From: an uncultured bacterium
GTDB lineage: Bacteria > Fidelibacterota > Marinisomatia > Marinisomatales > TCS55
NCBI GenBank assembly: GCA_964386795.1
Contig: CAYLUE010000005.1
Location: 1 to 48,058 of the forward strand
DNA length: 48,058 nt
Direction: 5' to 3'
The stretch's first letter is position 1; every line of letters begins with the position of its first letter. Below are positions 46,932 through 48,058 of the stretch, piece after piece. The notes under the pieces are model-generated. The model was not told the origin of the DNA and did no database searches. It was given only the letters and a program-made list of their open reading frames with translations. Both the position numbers and the translations under genes were made by a program.

Positions 46932-48058
46932 ATGAAATCCATATACAATTTTATTTTATTCAATTTTATTCTAAGTACAATCTTTTCCCAAAATATTATC
47001 GTAGATAATAGCAAAGATTATAATGTCACCAATCAATACGCGAAATTTGATAGATATACTAAACATGGGGGTTTTGATAATTACAAATATGAAAATAAAG
47101 ACCGTATTTCTTTACCCGAAAATTTTCCCGTTGTAGGATCTACTTTTACGCTGGAAGCCATGACTTTCACCGCTGATATCAGCTTTGGGCAACACCAAAA
47201 AGTCATTGGTAGTGAAAATTGGAAAGGAAACTATTCACAAACATCGCCAAACATCACATTTTTAAATAAAAGTGAAATAAATTATGGTTTTAGCACTAAT
47301 GGTAATGACAGAATGAGATTGGCAACAAATGTTAGAAAACCTAACACGTGGCATCATGTTGCATTTACCTACGATGGTGACAAAGGAAGGCTGTACGTTG
47401 ACGGTGTTCAAGTAGATAGCACTAACAACCCAACCAAGTGGTCGGGAAAAGTTCCTGACGCTACTCCAATCGGTTTTATAGGTGCTCGTTTCAATGGAAA
47501 ATTGGATGAGGTGAGGGTCTGGAGCGTTGCTAGGACAGAAGCAGAGATTAAAGCAAATATGGAAACTTTAAGTGATGCAGGTGCAACAGGTCTTGTTGCT
47601 TATTACACGATGGATACAGATGATAATTTTAAAGTTATAGATCGATCCCCTAATGGGTTTCATGCTACGATAGATCATGCAGAAATTATGCAAGAATATT
47701 CTTCAGATTCTTGCTCTAAGCCAGATGGATCAGCTAGTTGTCCTTACCCCGATCTTTTGAGTGCTCTTGAGGCTGCACAAGGGGGACAAACAATTCTAAT
47801 GAAAGAAGGGCGCTACTCTGATCTTGCTTTCGCTGATTACATTAACCATTCTCCCTATACTAATAAATCTAAGATACGAGTTTTAGGCGAAAATGATAAA
47901 ACACTGATCGATGGGACTATAAATGTAAAAGCTACTTGGGAGCCATACAATTTGAATGGCCATTCGGTTTATAAGGCTGTATTAGATATGGGAGCAATAT
48001 CCAAAAAAGCTAAGACGTTCATAGATACAATTTATGGTGTTTTTGTGGATGACCGCTA
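46932..48058 (+). CDS. secreted LamG/concanavalin-A-like lectin domain protein followed by probable beta-helix domain (3' end cut by window edge)
   Basis: This ORF is not in the track because no stop is reached. My own translation begins MKSIYNFILFNFILSTIFSQ. The Laminin_G_3 hallmark is WHHVAFTYDGDKGRLYVDGVQV...GKLDEVRVWSVARTEAEI. Downstream, GGQTILMKEGRY resembles the start of a pectate-lyase-like fold. Confidence 0.75.
   Translation, partial: MKSIYNFILFNFILSTIFSQNIIVDNSKDYNVTNQYAKFDRYTKHGGFDNYKYENKDRISLPENFPVVGSTFTLEAMTFTADISFGQHQKVIGSENWKGNYSQTSPNITFLNKSEINYGFSTNGNDRMRLATNVRKPNTWHHVAFTYDGDKGRLYVDGVQVDSTNNPTKWSGKVPDATPIGFIGARFNGKLDEVRVWSVARTEAEIKANMETLSDAGATGLVAYYTMDTDDNFKVIDRSPNGFHATIDHAEIMQEYSSDSCSKPDGSASCPYPDLLSALEAAQGGQTILMKEGRYSDLAFADYINHSPYTNKSKIRVLGENDKTLIDGTINVKATWEPYNLNGHSVYKAVLDMGAISKKAKTFIDTIYGVFVDDR

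Noticed and set aside
1-48058. Searched for rRNA, tRNA, CRISPR arrays, transposases/integrases, prophage or defence-island signatures.
   Set aside because: No intergenic gap exceeds about 195 bp. No spaced direct-repeat array is present, and no ORF shows DDE, tyrosine- or serine-recombinase, or phage structural motifs. Nothing supports any of these.

Overview
This is a visibly AT-rich, very gene-dense 48 kb chromosomal segment with about 48 protein genes and almost no non-coding DNA. Co-directional genes commonly overlap by 1-11 nt, and convergent genes end within 0-7 nt of each other. Stop codons TAA, TAG and TGA all terminate genes, so the code is standard (table 11).

The content points to a diderm bacterium:
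- LPS-core genes (waaA, a GT9 heptosyltransferase, an LptE-like lipoprotein), TatC, and outer-membrane barrels ending in an aromatic residue.
- A sigma-54 enhancer-binding protein.
- A secreted protease with a 'YPNPFN'-type C-terminal sorting domain, typical of the FCB superphylum and relatives. This lineage guess is an inference only.

Most genes are housekeeping: ispG, alaS, ridA, guaB, rpsT, tatC, rimO, uvrB, asnS, nadE, hutH, umuDC, dinG.

I see no rRNA, tRNA, CRISPR array, transposase, integrase or prophage signature, and no convincing large novel multi-gene system.

The items most worth a second look are:
1. A dcp (M3 peptidase) gene split by a single in-frame TAA.
2. A perfect TGTGA-N6-TCACA palindrome upstream of a CRP-like regulator whose recognition helix matches it.
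3. A DnaQ-exonuclease::DinG fusion that still carries the Fe-S cysteine pattern.
4. A tightly coupled minus-strand operon of three uncharacterised small envelope proteins, one missing from the ORF track, feeding into a sorting-domain metalloprotease.
5. A permease-less fused double-NBD ABC ATPase with one coherently degenerate ATP site, inside the LPS cluster.
6. A sensor-less sigma-54 activator with a GAYTDA loop, coupled to the LptE-like gene.
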